IMG/VR virus record: IMGVR_UViG_3300021399_000121
Span: 43,502-107,501 of that record
Length of the DNA stretch: 64,000 nt
Reading direction: 5' to 3' (one strand)
DNA from: a virus
Lineage: Duplodnaviria > Heunggongvirae > Uroviricota > Caudoviricetes
Below the pieces are notes generated by a model. It saw only the letters and a program-made list of their open reading frames with translations. It was not told where the DNA came from and did not search any database. Below, piece by piece: positions 63,756 to 64,000 of this stretch (positions are counted from its first letter, which is position 1; every line of letters begins with the position of its first letter). Position numbers and translations under genes: made by a program.

Positions 63756-64000
63756 TTGGCTTTTTATAAAGAAAAGCATCAAAGAGATTTTCGATTACAT
63801 TCTAATACAACAAATACCTCCACTCTTGACTTTTCTAAAATTAAAGTAGGTAAAAATACTTTAAATGGTGAGATTGCAACTTTAATTAATTATTATAAAT
63901 CTTCCAATCGTCTTTATGATAAACAAATCGTTGAACGCGCAATTAATAGACGCGATATCAAAGAAATGAGACGTATTTCAAATTATTTCTTTGAAACAAG
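63756..64000 (+). CDS. Probable portal protein, 3'-truncated at the window edge.
   Basis: RBS TTAGGAGGTG precedes TTG 63756; the reading frame is still open at the window end; it directly follows terL. Confidence 0.3.
   Translation, partial: MAFYKEKHQRDFRLHSNTTNTSTLDFSKIKVGKNTLNGEIATLINYYKSSNRLYDKQIVERAINRRDIKEMRRISNYFFET

Noticed and set aside
1-64000. Host simply uses genetic code 4 (Mollicute phage)
   Set aside because: Early genes use TGG exclusively for Trp and avoid TGA entirely. Promoters are classic sigma70 with an extended -10. The phage encodes LPXTG, lipobox and teichoic-acid enzymes, implying a cell-walled standard-code host.

Overview
This window looks like part of a tailed phage genome (about 35% GC, with local GC-rich islands) infecting a cell-walled Gram-positive host. 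Evidence for the host: sigma70 promoters with an extended -10, an LPXTG sorting signal, a lipoprotein lipobox and a teichoic-acid-type transferase.

Module layout:
- 1-12.8 kb: a structural/late block (collagen-like and mosaic tail-fibre genes) that is only coherent if TGA is read as Trp.
- 12.8-46.8 kb: a long plus-strand block of early/middle genes, each behind a near-identical strong promoter. It carries an RNA-repair set (two RNA ligases, a P-loop kinase and a metallophosphoesterase), an array of 19 tRNAs plus a candidate intron-split tRNA, cell-envelope genes, and an iteron/RHH/Rep-like module.
- 46.85-48.03 kb: an ORF-free convergent junction with a DnaA box, iterons and orphan promoters.
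- 48.0-58.6 kb: a minus-strand block of small genes with a stereotyped promoter-leader cassette and a 14-member covarying hairpin repeat family.
- 59.2-64 kb: a second TGA-recoded late block (zinc-ribbon protein, putative small terminase, large terminase, small nuclease, portal start).

Three promoter-driven, ORF-free, GC-elevated blocks (0.6-1.4 kb), two of them directly upstream of tRNAs, are candidates for large structured ncRNAs.

The supplied ORF track assumes the standard code, so late genes appear fragmented; the spans given here for recoded genes were joined by hand. Manually derived coordinates are accurate to about +/-2 nt.
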